A stretch of 59,859 bases of DNA, the filler included. It is 4 parts of 4 records of this genome, joined end to end, with 100 filler letters (N's around TTAATTAATTAA, not from the genome) between each part and the next. Parts side by side here need not be neighbours in the genome. Positions count along the whole stretch, not along the records: positions 39,214 to 50,822 come from DRR723986_1363; positions 50,923 to 59,859 come from DRR723986_1365; 2 more parts are not named here. The stretch is one strand, 5' to 3'. Shown one piece after another: positions 49,601-59,859 of the stretch (within the stretch, counting starts at the first letter, position 1; each line of letters starts with the position of its first letter). The position numbers and the translations under genes are program-made. The notes beneath the pieces were generated by a model. The model made no database searches. It saw nothing but the letters and a program-made list of their open reading frames with translations, and was not told the origin of the DNA.

Positions 49601-49892
49601 CATCACCCACTTTAGTTAGCTGCGTGGCGCTAAAAGCGTCCGTATCAATTGAAAACTGCCCCGCCACAGACAGAGTCAGCAACCTATTTTGTTGAGAAAT
49701 AGAATAATCCACGCCGTCTGGAAGATTTAAAACAAGTCGGCTATAATTAGCTTGTTTAGCAGCTTGCAACGTTAAACTTGTTTGTGCCTGAGCCAAAGCT
49801 GCGCCAGGCAACACAGTAAGAATTACGATACATTGGATGGCAAAAACCATCACACTACATAAAAAAGAGTTTATTGATCGATTAAAAGACAT
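46656..49892 (-). CDS. Large secreted TPR-repeat protein of a flagellar locus
   Basis: Signal-like N-terminus, YSRLV beta domain, low-complexity linker and helical TPR C-half (LERLRFAWRGD, RRLADRLVSVDLL); start overlaps the motB-like stop. Confidence 0.75.
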   Translation of the reverse strand: MSFNRSINSFLCSVMVFAIQCIVILTVLPGAALAQAQTSLTLQAAKQANYSRLVLNLPDGVDYSISQQNRLLTLSVAGQFSIDTDAFSATQLTKVGDVAVRQNGGRTDLVFDVLPGITPRDFRSGGFVIVDIYAGDTSATLRRGAQQVVAASTPVAKATEDANGSGEKDKAQDPLGDATTQQPTQTQASNENEANGEDQLNAEAQALAQEGDFKPVRIGEPRGASRSTELDKTPGSVANTERDREPLEEKPSVQTNNAVSLSPSEPTDVSADTGEQVSAIEFGDMDSVGDASNTVTVETTDLEASVKISFLMPEEAAIAVFERGGSLWTVFDKPFKLNPKGLKSGSNEVSRRIRRLEQRSDPDALILRMAIRANQNFVVERDQTTWHISLKDTPAKPRFPLRPMRREAQAQGQQIFIQASDIGRKVEFEDPDIGDMLVVLPTFRQSTGIAQKYSYAAAEILETAQGIAISPLSDNVAIDRFRDGVAIRSTGNSLLSASRLSRATGIGADAQLGFARLIDFESWRIGPTWEYRKNKSRLLYELSLVDSEGANAVRWKLARYFLAHGRAAEALGVLQLMLNQDELLEKNGEFRAVRGVANFKQGRLELAAADLASQELAAEQDAEIWRAMIAEARGKHADALEFYRRGKDVMGTYDEYDRAELQLAVIRAAIETENLELAQEELELMNGLTLTEGQLSETVYQSARIAEMQGQTDIAQTQFDDLTESSERWIAARARYSRTKFGLKNGDIDAPTAIDQLERLRFAWRGDRFESLLLNDLADLYFENKQYEIGLETLRQGVSYYPELARDKKMSLKMGQVFRSLFLDGMAEELTPISAISLYYKFRELTPLGNDGDMMIRRLADRLVSVDLLDRASDLLDYQVKARTEGAARAQIAANLAKIHILNRKPDAALEIIRATREPRLPQDILANRRNVEARALIELARFEEAEVLIEEDRSADAEILRADVFWGSKNWTQLVPTIRRLMGDGWRRNEALTELQRLNLIRLSISMTFTEDRAGLIELRRRYGGQMREGDFANAFELLTSDQELSGRELGAIATQIASVEKLQSFMRDYRSDFSGR

Positions 49893-50610
49893 CAAACGCG
49901 CCTTTATTTTCACCTTCGGCTAAAATGACAAAATCTATGCGCTCATGAGCATCAAGCTGGCGTACCGTTGGGCGCATTTCACCTTCAACCATGAACTTGC
50001 TATCCCCGTGACCAATGACAGATAGGGGCAACAAGTAGCCAGCATCAACCAATACGCCAGCCACGAGTTGAGCGCGTGTGATAGAAAGTTCCCAGTTCGA
50101 TTTGTATTTACTATCGGACACCGGCAAATCGTTGGCATGGCTTGCAATAATTAACTTATTTTTTATTTGTGCTAGTGAGCCAGAAAATTGAGCTAATGCA
50201 GCCGTTGCACCTGACAAAAATTGAGCTGACTTATTCTCAAAAAGAGAACTCGCCGGAATAGATACGATCACACGGTCCGCTTCACGTCGCACAACAGCTT
50301 GCTTCATCGGAGAAGCTCGGTTTATGTCGCGTGCCACCAAAGCTTTTAGATAATTTAGATTCAATCCGCGTGCACTTACACGAGCAACAGCCTGGTCATT
50401 GTCATAGGAGCGCTGCCTAATGGAACTAGACGTTGGGTCAAACTGGTCCCGCATCGTTTCAACGACTTCTTCCCAACTATCATGGTGAATCGTACTCATG
50501 GAAAAGACCAAAACAAAAAATGTCAGCATCAACGACAGTAAGTCAGCAAAGGTAAGCATCCAACCAGCGTTTGAAGCCTGCACATTCTCGCCTTGTAAAG
50601 ACTTACTCAT
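49882..50610 (-). CDS. motB: MotB-family flagellar motor protein
   Basis: WMLTFADLLSLMLTFFVL transmembrane motif; OmpA-like SNWELSITRA. Confidence 0.8.
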   Translation of the reverse strand: MSKSLQGENVQASNAGWMLTFADLLSLMLTFFVLVFSMSTIHHDSWEEVVETMRDQFDPTSSSIRQRSYDNDQAVARVSARGLNLNYLKALVARDINRASPMKQAVVRREADRVIVSIPASSLFENKSAQFLSGATAALAQFSGSLAQIKNKLIIASHANDLPVSDSKYKSNWELSITRAQLVAGVLVDAGYLLPLSVIGHGDSKFMVEGEMRPTVRQLDAHERIDFVILAEGENKGAFDVF

Positions 50611-50822
50611 TATAGCTGCCTATTCGCTGCATTACGAAACACCAGCAATATCTGGTCTTCTTCCAAAGCGGAAAAGCCGGAAGATATATTGTTAAATGTT
50701 TGGGCCTGCATGTACCGGGCAAATGACCCTGCCCGGCGCACTGCTATTTCTTGTGACCGCGTAAGTTCCCGGTCAACCGTCGGGTTACCGCTACCAAACA
50801 ACAGCGCCACTTCCTGCTTCTG
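50610..50822 (-). CDS. C-terminal fragment of an upstream gene, possibly a degenerate OmpA/MotB-like protein
   Basis: Open frame from the gap, ...EIAVRRAGSFARYM..., with its stop overlapping the motB start. Confidence 0.45.
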   Translation of the reverse strand, partial: QKQEVALLFGSGNPTVDRELTRSQEIAVRRAGSFARYMQAQTFNNISSGFSALEEDQILLVFRNAANRQL

Positions 50823-50922
50823 NNNNNNNNNNNNNNNNNNNNNNNNNNNNNNNNNNNNNNNNNNNNTTAATTAATTAANNNNNNNNNNNNNNNNNNNNNN
50901 NNNNNNNNNNNNNNNNNNNNNN
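50823..50922. other. Artificial contig linker
   Basis: 44 N + TTAATTAATTAA + 44 N. Confidence 0.98.
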
Positions 50923-51637
50923 CAAGGCCATCGTCGGCAAGAACGCCTTCGCCCATGAAAGCGGCATCCATCAGGACGGGATGCTGAAAAGCGCCGATAC
51001 GTTCGAGATCATGCGGCCAGAGGATGTGGGCCTTGCAGGCACCTCTCTGCCGCTTGGCAAGCATTCGGGCCGGGCAGCACTGCGCGCAAAGCTCAAGGAC
51101 CTGGGCTTCGACATGGTCGACAATCAGCTCAATGATCTCTTCGTGCGGTTCAAGGCGCTGGCGGATCGCAAGAAAGAGGTCTTTGATGATGACCTGATTG
51201 CGCTCGTCACCGATGCCGCCGCCGCAGGCGTCGAGGATCATCTGGAACTGAAGTTCCTGCGCGTGATCTGTGGCACCGAAGCGCCCCAGTCCGCAGATAT
51301 CACCCTTCGGGTCGGCGACGCCGACAAACAAGCCACCGCGCAAGGTGACGGCCCGGTCGATGCGGCGTTCAACGCGGTGAAAGCGCTTTATCCGAACGAG
51401 GCGGCGTTGCAGCTCTATCAGGTCAGCGCCGTGACCGAAGGCATGGATGCACAAGCCACCGTGACCGTCCGCATCGAGGAAGACGGGCGCATCGCCACCG
51501 GTCAATCCGCCGACACCGACACCGTGGTCGCCAGCGTCAAGGCCTATGTGAACGCACTCAACCGTCTGATCGTCCGGCGCGAGAAGCTGGGCGAAGGCAG
51601 CGACAAGCGCGAAGTGTCCTACAAGGACGTGAACTGA
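50923..51637 (+). CDS. leuA: 2-isopropylmalate synthase, C-terminal part
   Basis: KAIVGKNAFAHESGIHQDG, LGKHSGRAA, GDGPVDA and regulatory-domain motifs. Confidence 0.95.
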
Positions 51638-51645
51638 TCAAAGTA

Positions 51646-51672
51646 GCGGCCGCCCCACAAAGGCGGCCGTTT
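51646..51672. terminator. Hairpin terminator between convergent genes
   Basis: GCGGCCGCC-ccacaaa-GGCGGCCGT followed by TT. Confidence 0.6.
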
Positions 51673-51673
51673 C

Positions 51674-52735
51674 CTAATCTGGCACCGCGTTCAGATCGCG
51701 CGCCATTTCTTCGATCGCGGCCCAGATCCTGCCCGGCACCATCAGCGGTTTTCCCTGCGCTGCGGCGTGCAAATCCCTTTCCCGCTCTCCCGGCACCTCA
51801 ACCCGCCCGCGCCCTTCCGCCGGGGCCGAGGCGCGAATCTCGGCAAGGATTTCTTCCGCCACCGCCTGCATCGCCGGGGCCTCGTGATAGCGGCGGCAAT
51901 CCAGCGCCAGCACCAGCCAGTTGATCTCGCCTTTCAGAACCGGCCCCAGCATCGCCTCGCCCACCAGTTCCGCGATCAGCGCCAGCCCGTAACCCAAAGG
52001 CCCGCCCTTGGGCAGGATCGCCCCGCCGTTGAAATAATCCTCGGGGTTGCGGGACGGCGCGCCATTGCGGTCGACGATCAGCCCCTCGGGCAGATCCACC
52101 CCGGCGGCCCGCGCGGCATAGATCCAGCCACCCGCCGCCTGCGACGTGGCAATGTCGATCACCACCGGCCCCCTGTCCCCGCCGGGCATCGCAATGCAGA
52201 ACGGGTTGGTCGGCAGCAGCGCCTCTCGCCCGCCATAGGGCGCCACCATGCGCCAGCGTTTGCGGTTGCCGCCGCCAAGCGCGATGGACAGGCAACCGCG
52301 CCGCGCCGCGATCTCTCCAAACGCGCCAAGCCGCCCTGTATGCCCCGCCCCAAGGACACCCACGGCGGAAATTCCGTGATCAAGCGCGGCGTCAGCGGCC
52401 AGTTCGTGCGCCATGCGCATCGCTGGAATGCCGATCCCGCCATGGGCCTGCACTGTCAGCCGCCCGCCACCAAGGCGCAAGACCTCTGGCCGCGCCTTTG
52501 CATCCAGCGTGCCATCCCGCATTTCGCGGGTGTATTGCAGCACCCGCACGATGCCGTGGGATTCGACCCCGCATTGATCCGCCTCGACCAGATGATCGGC
52601 CACTTCCCGGGCAACCGCAGGATCGGCCCCCGCCGCCTCGAACAACCCGCGCGCAACACCCGCCGCCACGACCGGCGCGATGGCGACCCGATCCGCTACA
52701 TTTAGCTTGCCGTGCTTCGCTGACTGATCGGCCAT
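51674..52735 (-). CDS. Ldh_2-family oxidoreductase (malate/L-lactate/sulfolactate dehydrogenase type 2)
   Basis: HLVEAD..GVESHG..R, HTGRLG, VAPYGG....L.TNP, DIATS and VPGERE motifs. Confidence 0.88.
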   Translation of the reverse strand: MADQSAKHGKLNVADRVAIAPVVAAGVARGLFEAAGADPAVAREVADHLVEADQCGVESHGIVRVLQYTREMRDGTLDAKARPEVLRLGGGRLTVQAHGGIGIPAMRMAHELAADAALDHGISAVGVLGAGHTGRLGAFGEIAARRGCLSIALGGGNRKRWRMVAPYGGREALLPTNPFCIAMPGGDRGPVVIDIATSQAAGGWIYAARAAGVDLPEGLIVDRNGAPSRNPEDYFNGGAILPKGGPLGYGLALIAELVGEAMLGPVLKGEINWLVLALDCRRYHEAPAMQAVAEEILAEIRASAPAEGRGRVEVPGERERDLHAAAQGKPLMVPGRIWAAIEEMARDLNAVPD

Positions 52736-52810
52736 GCGCCCGTCCCTCTGACATCTCCGTGCAGGACGGTGGCACAGAGGGCCGGTTTTCGCAGCAGCTT
52801 TTTTGCGTGG

Positions 52811-53809
52811 TCAGGGAAGGATCCGAAGCCGCTGCCCGATCCAGATCCAGACCGGTGCAAAGGCGAAAGTCAGGGCAAAGGTGCCCATCGTCAGCGCTAT
52901 CGGCCCCCACCCGGTCAGCTCGCGCATCGGCAGCAGATAAAGAGGATGGCTGAGATAGATGACCATCGCCATCCGCCGGGGATCGAAGCCCGGCAATGTC
53001 AGGGGCAGATCGCGGACCGAGACAAACAGAACCGGCGTCAGCACAAAGGCCGAAAAGGTCAGGTCATAAAAGCCGTCGGGATCGAGGCTGCGATATTCCA
53101 ATGTGGTTTCCACAATCATCATCGCCAGCGCCAGCAGCAGAAACGCAAAGCGCCGTCGGGGGCCGATCCCGGCCAGCAACCGACCGCGGGCGATCAACAG
53201 CCCAAGCGCGAGAAAGGGAAAGCCGTAGAACAGAAAGTTCCGGGTCAGAACCAGCAGGTCATAGGGGTTCCGCATTGCTGACAGGTCGAGAAAGATGTTC
53301 TCGGCATACTGCACCGTGCCGCCGATGCAGAACAACACCGCCGCCAGCGTCATCAGTGTCCCGTCCGACAGGTTGCGCGCCGCGTATAGCAGGATCATCC
53401 CGCCAACCAGGGCGGGCAGATACCACAGGTGGAAAAAACCGAAGACCAGCGTCATTGCCAGCCGGTACAGGCTGATTTCCTGGTAAAACAGCACGAAGGG
53501 CAGAAAGACCAGGGTCCATCCCAGGTAGACCCGCATCACCCGCCAGACCCAGGGGCCGATACCTCGCGCCATCTGCCGGTCGAAGAAATAGCCCGTGGTC
53601 AGCAGGAAGAACGGCACGATCACCCGAGCGAATCCGTTATTGAAGTAGAAATGCGCCGCCGGGCTGATCGCCTGCAAGCTGGCGCAATGGGCCATGACCA
53701 CCATCAACGCCAGCACCAACCGGGCGGCATCGATACCCCCGTTCCGTATACTTCCCGCCGGACCGGCGGGCGGTGTGTGCAACTCCTGCGACGCAGCCAT
53801 GCCAATCAT
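52811..53809 (-). CDS. Acyltransferase family 3 membrane protein
   Basis: R..GID..R...A.MVV.AH, VPFFL..TGYF, HLWYL and IYLSHP motifs. Confidence 0.85.
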   Translation of the reverse strand: MIGMAASQELHTPPAGPAGSIRNGGIDAARLVLALMVVMAHCASLQAISPAAHFYFNNGFARVIVPFFLLTTGYFFDRQMARGIGPWVWRVMRVYLGWTLVFLPFVLFYQEISLYRLAMTLVFGFFHLWYLPALVGGMILLYAARNLSDGTLMTLAAVLFCIGGTVQYAENIFLDLSAMRNPYDLLVLTRNFLFYGFPFLALGLLIARGRLLAGIGPRRRFAFLLLALAMMIVETTLEYRSLDPDGFYDLTFSAFVLTPVLFVSVRDLPLTLPGFDPRRMAMVIYLSHPLYLLPMRELTGWGPIALTMGTFALTFAFAPVWIWIGQRLRILP

Positions 53810-54043
53810 TTTCCTCGATTTACTCCGCTTAGCTCAAGGTCGGGGTTCAGGCCTATGGCCCAAGTTTGCTTTCATTGTCCCGAAATCTGGAAATAATCGT
53901 GGCCTTCTGCGGACGGTTCCCGGCGGAAATGCGCTGATTTCTTTCAAAGCAAGCCTTTACCTGCCCTGCCCCCCCGGCCTATATCCGTCTCGGTCTGCGG
54001 GACCGATTGCGCCCGAGTCTCTCGCAGGTGCCATAACCCATAA

Positions 54044-55114
<1,071 letters not shown>

Positions 55115-55149
55115 TACGCCGCCACCTGCGGCCCCGATAAAAGGACCAC

Positions 55150-56079
55150 ATGGCCCGAGAGCGTACCGAGAGCAGCCACATCAGACCCGTCCGGCGCCTG
55201 CTGCTGGCGGTCCTGTTTCTGTGCCTTGCGGTTCTGGTGCTGATCTGGCGGATCGACAATCCCCGCGTCGAGCGGCTGCGCAGCGCCATCACCGACCGCA
55301 TCGTGCCCAATCTCGAATGGGTGATGGCCCCGGTCACCGCCTTTGGCAGGATGGTTGACGACTTCCAGTCCTACACCCGGCTTTACCAGCAGAACGAGGA
55401 ACTGCGCCGCGAGTTGCAGCTGATGCGGTCCTGGCGCGAGGCGGCGTTGCAGCTGGAACAGGAAAACGCCCGCCTGCTCGATCTAAATCGCGTTCAGCTT
55501 GACCCGGAACTGACCTATGTCACCGGCCTTGTCCTGACCGACAGCGGCAGCCCGTTTCGCCGCTCGGTCCTGCTGAATGTGGGTGCGCGCGATGGCATTC
55601 TCGATGGATGGGCCACTATGGACGGCCTTGGTGTTGTTGGGCGCATCTCGGGCGTCGGCGAAAACACCGCGCGCGTGGTGCTGCTGACCGATGCCGCCAG
55701 CCGCATTCCGGTGACGGTGATGCCCTCCAGCCAGCAGGCGCTGCTGATGGGTGACAATACCGGCCTGCCGCTGCTGGAGTTTCTGGAAGATATCGAAGAC
55801 GTGTCGCCCGGCGACCGGATCGTCACTTCTGGCGATGGCGGTGTGTTTCCCGCCGGGCTGCTGGTGGGGCATGTGGTCGTGGACCGCGACGGGCGGCTGA
55901 GGGCGCGCCCTTCCGCCGATTTTTCTCGGCTGAACTTCCTGCGCGTGATGCGCAGCCATCCGGGAACCTCGCTGTCCGATCCCGGCGGGCTGATCGGACC
56001 GCCCTGGCCACTGGTCCCTGCCGCTGAACCCCCGGCACAGTCCGAAACCGAGGAAGAGGACGAAACCGCAGATGGCTGA
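55150..56079 (+). CDS. mreC: Rod shape-determining protein MreC
   Basis: Transmembrane helix, coiled coil (ENARL), GVVGRI and GD.IVTSG.GGVFP.GL.VG motifs. Confidence 0.95.
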   Translation: MARERTESSHIRPVRRLLLAVLFLCLAVLVLIWRIDNPRVERLRSAITDRIVPNLEWVMAPVTAFGRMVDDFQSYTRLYQQNEELRRELQLMRSWREAALQLEQENARLLDLNRVQLDPELTYVTGLVLTDSGSPFRRSVLLNVGARDGILDGWATMDGLGVVGRISGVGENTARVVLLTDAASRIPVTVMPSSQQALLMGDNTGLPLLEFLEDIEDVSPGDRIVTSGDGGVFPAGLLVGHVVVDRDGRLRARPSADFSRLNFLRVMRSHPGTSLSDPGGLIGPPWPLVPAAEPPAQSETEEEDETADG

Positions 56080-56605
56080 GGACGAACAAAGCCGGATCTG
56101 GGGCTTCCGGGCGCTTTATGTGCTCTTTGGCCTGGGCGTCATCTTCTACCGGCTGCTTCCGCTGGAAACCGGGTCTCCCGGCCTGCCCGGACCGGATTTC
56201 ATCCTCTGCGTCACGATGGCCTGGGTATTGCGGCAACCAGCGGCAGTTCCGGTCGGCTTGATCCTGTTTCTGATGCTGCTCGGCGATTTTCTGCTGCAAC
56301 GCCCGCCGGGCCTGTGGGCGGCGCTCGCCATTGCTGCGACCGAATACCTTCGCAACCGCCGCGCGGGCATTGCCGAAACCCCGTTTCTGTTTGAATGGGG
56401 GATGGTTGCGGGCGCGATTCTGGCTGTGGTCCTGTCTCAACGGCTGATCCTCTGGGTGCTTCTGGCGGACCAGCCAAGCCTTGGCTTGTCGCTGATGGAA
56501 GGTCTTGCCACGATCGTGATCTACCCGCTTGTCGTGATAGTCTCGAAATTCGCCCTGGGAATGGATAAGTTGCCGGTGGTGGAATCAGAGCCCGGGCGGC
56601 CATGA
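56072..56605 (+). CDS. mreD: Rod shape-determining protein MreD
   Basis: Hydrophobic protein with PD..L.....W..R.P; lies between mreC and mrdA. Confidence 0.88.
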   Translation: MAEDEQSRIWGFRALYVLFGLGVIFYRLLPLETGSPGLPGPDFILCVTMAWVLRQPAAVPVGLILFLMLLGDFLLQRPPGLWAALAIAATEYLRNRRAGIAETPFLFEWGMVAGAILAVVLSQRLILWVLLADQPSLGLSLMEGLATIVIYPLVVIVSKFALGMDKLPVVESEPGRP

Positions 56606-58548
56606 AACGATCCCAGAAAGAAGCCGAGGACAGCGCCCGCAAGATCACGCGGCGCTCTATGATCATGGGTGGCTTCATGCTGCTCACCGGCGGCATTCTG
56701 GCGGCCCGTATGCGCTATCTTCAGGTTGAACGCGCCGATGACTTCCGCCTGCTGGCCGAAGAAAACCGGATTCGCATCGACCTGCTGCCGCCCGCGCGCG
56801 GGCTGATCTATGACCGGAACGGGCGGCTGCTGGCCGATAATGAACAGAATTACACCGTCGTCATGGTCCGCGAAAATGTCGAGAACGTGGACGCCGTGCT
56901 GGACCGGCTGTCGCATATCATCAATATCGACATGGCGTCGCTGGACCGCGCCCGCGAAGACATGATGGCCCGCGCGCCCCATGTGCGCATCACCATCGCA
57001 GATCGCCTAAGCTGGGAAGAATTCGCCTCGGTCGCGGTCAACGCCCCGGCCCTGCCCGGCATCACACCAGAGGTCGGGCTGTCGCGGGTCTATCCGCTTG
57101 GCGCCGATTTCGCCCATGTGGTGGGCTATGTCGGCCCCGTTTCCGACTTTTATCTTCAAAGCACCGGCGACACTGACCCGATCCTGCAAACCCCGGACTT
57201 TCAGGTTGGCCGCTATGCCGTCGAGTCGCGGCTGGAACAGGATCTGCGGGGCGAGGCCGGCAATCTGTGGGTCGAGGTGAATTCGGTCGGCCGTGTGATG
57301 CGTGAGCTGGATCGTGAAGAACCCGTTCCCGGCGACGACCTGCAACTGACCATCGACACCGGCTTGCAGAATTACGCGCAGGCCCGGCTTGGCAACGAAA
57401 GCGCCTCTGCCGTCGTGATGGAAGTCGAAACCGGCGAGGTGCTGGCACTGGCCTCCTCTCCTTCCTACGACCCCAACCTGTTCGTGCGCGGCATCTCGGT
57501 TGCCGATTACAGCAGTCTCACGGAAAACCCATATCGCCCGCTGGCCAGCAAGACTGTGCAGGGCCTCTACCCGCCTGGGTCCACCTTCAAGATGGTTACC
57601 GCGTTGGCGGGGCTGGAGGCCGGGGTGATCGACCCGGAAGAGACGATCAACTGCAACGGCTTCGTGGAACTTGGCACCCGCCGGTTCCACTGCTGGCGTC
57701 GGGGTGGTCACGGCCGGATGAACATGGTCGACGGGCTGTCGCAATCCTGCGACGTATATTATTACGACCTAGCCCAAAGAGTCGGGATCGAGGCCATTGC
57801 CTCAATGGCCCGCCGTCTCGGCCTCGGCATGCGCCACGACTTGCCACTCTCCGGCGTAGCGTCCGGGCTGATCCCCTCTCGGGAATGGAAACTGGCAAAT
57901 CGCGGCAGCGAATGGGTGGTGGGTGACACCCTGAACGCCTCGATCGGCCAGGGCCTTGTGCTCAGTTCACCGCTGGAACTTGCGGTGATGACCAGCCGAC
58001 TGGCCACCGGGCGGCAGATCCTGCCGCAATTGGTGCGGACGATCAACGGGGTCGATCAGCGCGCCGACTCGTTTGCCGAGGTCGACATTCAGGCCGCCCA
58101 TCTTGACGTGATGCGTCAGGGCATGTGGTCGGTCACCAATTTCCGCCGTGGCACCGCCTTCAACGCCCGCGTGACCGAAGAAGGCTACGAAATCGCAGGC
58201 AAAACCGGCACCAGCCAGGTCCGCAATATCACCGCCGCCGAGCGAGAGGCCGGGGTCACCCGCAACGAAGACCTGCCCTGGGATCGGCGCGACCACGCTC
58301 TGTTCGTGGGCTACGCCCCTGCCGACAACCCACGTTATGCGGTCAGCGTCGTGGTGGAGCATGGCGGTGGCGGATCGGCCGTGGCCGCCCCGATTGCTCG
58401 CGATCTGCTGTTGCGCGCCATGTATGGCGAACTGCCGCCGCTTTCTGCCTACCCGGTCGGGCTGCGGCGAGAGATCGAAGAGATGCATGACACCATGGAC
58501 CTCCTGCCGCTGGAGATGCTGCAAAGCACGGGACGGGTCAGGGCATGA
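56602..58548 (+). CDS. mrdA: Penicillin-binding protein 2
   Basis: RGLIYDRNG, YPPGSTFK (SxxK), SCD and KTGT motifs. Confidence 0.96.
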   Translation: MKRSQKEAEDSARKITRRSMIMGGFMLLTGGILAARMRYLQVERADDFRLLAEENRIRIDLLPPARGLIYDRNGRLLADNEQNYTVVMVRENVENVDAVLDRLSHIINIDMASLDRAREDMMARAPHVRITIADRLSWEEFASVAVNAPALPGITPEVGLSRVYPLGADFAHVVGYVGPVSDFYLQSTGDTDPILQTPDFQVGRYAVESRLEQDLRGEAGNLWVEVNSVGRVMRELDREEPVPGDDLQLTIDTGLQNYAQARLGNESASAVVMEVETGEVLALASSPSYDPNLFVRGISVADYSSLTENPYRPLASKTVQGLYPPGSTFKMVTALAGLEAGVIDPEETINCNGFVELGTRRFHCWRRGGHGRMNMVDGLSQSCDVYYYDLAQRVGIEAIASMARRLGLGMRHDLPLSGVASGLIPSREWKLANRGSEWVVGDTLNASIGQGLVLSSPLELAVMTSRLATGRQILPQLVRTINGVDQRADSFAEVDIQAAHLDVMRQGMWSVTNFRRGTAFNARVTEEGYEIAGKTGTSQVRNITAAEREAGVTRNEDLPWDRRDHALFVGYAPADNPRYAVSVVVEHGGGGSAVAAPIARDLLLRAMYGELPPLSAYPVGLRREIEEMHDTMDLLPLEMLQSTGRVRA

Positions 58549-59684
58549 GCTATCTTGAATATACCCAGAAATCGGCCCCCACAGGACTGCGCAAGATACT
58601 GCATCTGAACTGGGCGCTGATCATCCTGCTGGCGGCGGTGGCCTGTGTGGGCTTCCTGATGCTCTATTCCGTGGCGGGCGGGTCGATGCGCCCTTGGGCC
58701 GGCCCCCAGATGCAGCGTTTCACGCTTGGGGTCGTTGCGATGATGATCGTCGCATTCACCCCCATCTGGTTCTGGCGAAACATATCAGCGCTGGCCTACG
58801 GCCTGTCGCTGGTCCTGCTGTTGATGGTGGAGTTCTTCGGCACCGTCGGCATGGGGGCACAGCGTTGGATTGACCTCGGCTTCATGCGGCTGCAACCGTC
58901 GGAACTGACCAAGATAACCGTGGTGATGCTGCTGGCCGCCTATTACGACTGGCTTGATATCCGCAGGGTCTCGCGCCCGCTATACGTGCTGATCCCGGTT
59001 CTGATCATCCTCCTGCCCACCTTCCTGACCTTCATCCAGCCCGACCTCGGCACCGCGGTGCTGATCCTTGTGGGCGGCGCGGCGGTGATGTTCTGCGCGG
59101 GCGTCCACTGGGCCTATTTCGCCGCTGTCATCGCGTCGGCAGCGGGCATCGTCACGGCGGTCTTCGCCTCTCGCGGGACCGCGTGGCAACTGCTGCAAGA
59201 CTACCAGTATCGCCGCATCGACACCTTCCTCGACCCGTCCTCTGACCCGCTTGGCGCGGGCTATCACATCACCCAGAGCCAGATTGCCCTTGGTTCAGGC
59301 GGCTGGACCGGACGCGGCTTCATGCAGGGCACCCAGATCCGGGGCGACTTCCTGCCAGAGGCACAGACCGATTTCATCTTCCCCACCCTGGCCGAGGAGT
59401 TTGGCTTCGTTGGCGCGGCCTCGCTTCTGGGGCTTTACCTGCTGATCCTTCTTTTTTGCATCGTCACTGCTATTCAGACGAAAGATCGCTTCGCCTCGCT
59501 GGTAACGCTTGGGGTAGCGGTGACCTTCTTCCTCTACTTCGCTATCAACATGGCAATGGTCATGGGGCTGGTGCCTGTCGTGGGGGTGCCGCTTCCGCTG
59601 GTCAGCTATGGGGGATCGGCGATGCTTGTGCTCATGGCCGCTTTCGGGTTGGTTCAGTCTGCACATGTGCACCGCCCCCGCTGA
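58545..59684 (+). CDS. rodA: Peptidoglycan glycosyltransferase RodA
   Basis: GAQRWI, LQPSE..K, QPDLGTA, LPEAQTDFIF and PLPLVSYGGS motifs. Confidence 0.96.
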   Translation: MSYLEYTQKSAPTGLRKILHLNWALIILLAAVACVGFLMLYSVAGGSMRPWAGPQMQRFTLGVVAMMIVAFTPIWFWRNISALAYGLSLVLLLMVEFFGTVGMGAQRWIDLGFMRLQPSELTKITVVMLLAAYYDWLDIRRVSRPLYVLIPVLIILLPTFLTFIQPDLGTAVLILVGGAAVMFCAGVHWAYFAAVIASAAGIVTAVFASRGTAWQLLQDYQYRRIDTFLDPSSDPLGAGYHITQSQIALGSGGWTGRGFMQGTQIRGDFLPEAQTDFIFPTLAEEFGFVGAASLLGLYLLILLFCIVTAIQTKDRFASLVTLGVAVTFFLYFAINMAMVMGLVPVVGVPLPLVSYGGSAMLVLMAAFGLVQSAHVHRPR

Positions 59685-59694
59685 AGGATCCCCG

Positions 59695-59859
59695 ATGCTG
59701 ACCATCCTCTTTGCCGCCCGCCCTGACCGTTGGGGCGCATACGAAGCCCCGCTCAACCGCGCCATCGCAGCCGCTGGCCTGTCCGATTTCCGCGTGGTGA
59801 CCAAGGCTGCGCCGGAAGAGGTGGATTACATCGTCTATGCCCCCAACAGCGATGTGCAG
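59695..59859 (+). CDS. Probable glyoxylate/hydroxypyruvate reductase A (2-hydroxyacid dehydrogenase), 5' part
   Basis: MLTILFAARPDRWGAYEAPL...EEVDYIVYAPNS; this position after rodA is usual in Rhodobacteraceae. Confidence 0.65.
   Translation, partial: MLTILFAARPDRWGAYEAPLNRAIAAAGLSDFRVVTKAAPEEVDYIVYAPNSDVQ

Overview
The window is not one continuous locus. It is four unrelated contigs joined by identical 100-bp linkers (44 N + TTAATTAATTAA + 44 N) at 23728-23827, 39114-39213 and 50823-50922. Contig 1 (1-23727, high GC, Rhodobacteraceae-like) carries an SDR / acyl-CoA dehydrogenase / phosphotransferase trio, choline sulfatase, a peptide-family ABC system, a betaine/ProU-family ABC system with a GlxA-type regulator, ppsA, two orphan secreted proteins and a 5-oxoprolinase. 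Contig 2 (23828-39113, a different and probably non-proteobacterial host; this is inference) is the most interesting. Chromosome-type genes (paaABCD, thioredoxin-TPR, EVE) directly abut a complete iteron-type replicon with no integrase or IS visible. The replicon has 7 helically phased iterons, dispersed inverted iterons, a half-iteron inverted repeat before the rep start, a Rep_3 initiator with a long C-terminal extension, a 1.2-kb AT-rich repeat region, a short ParA and a small RHH-like partner. It is followed by three copies of a 14-bp quasi-palindrome and an imuA-less imuB / DUF6504 / dnaE2 mutasome. This suggests the origin of a chromid or megaplasmid. Contig 3 (39214-50822, lower-GC alphaproteobacterium) has a PEP-CTERM protein, pepN, Lrp, a bufferin-type MNIO RiPP operon whose DoxX has a large insertion, a large TPR protein and MotB-like genes. 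Contig 4 (50923-59859, Rhodobacteraceae-like) has leuA, an Ldh_2 oxidoreductase, an acyltransferase and mreBCD-mrdA-rodA. No rRNA, tRNA or CRISPR array was seen. All family assignments come from motif recognition by eye, not database searches.
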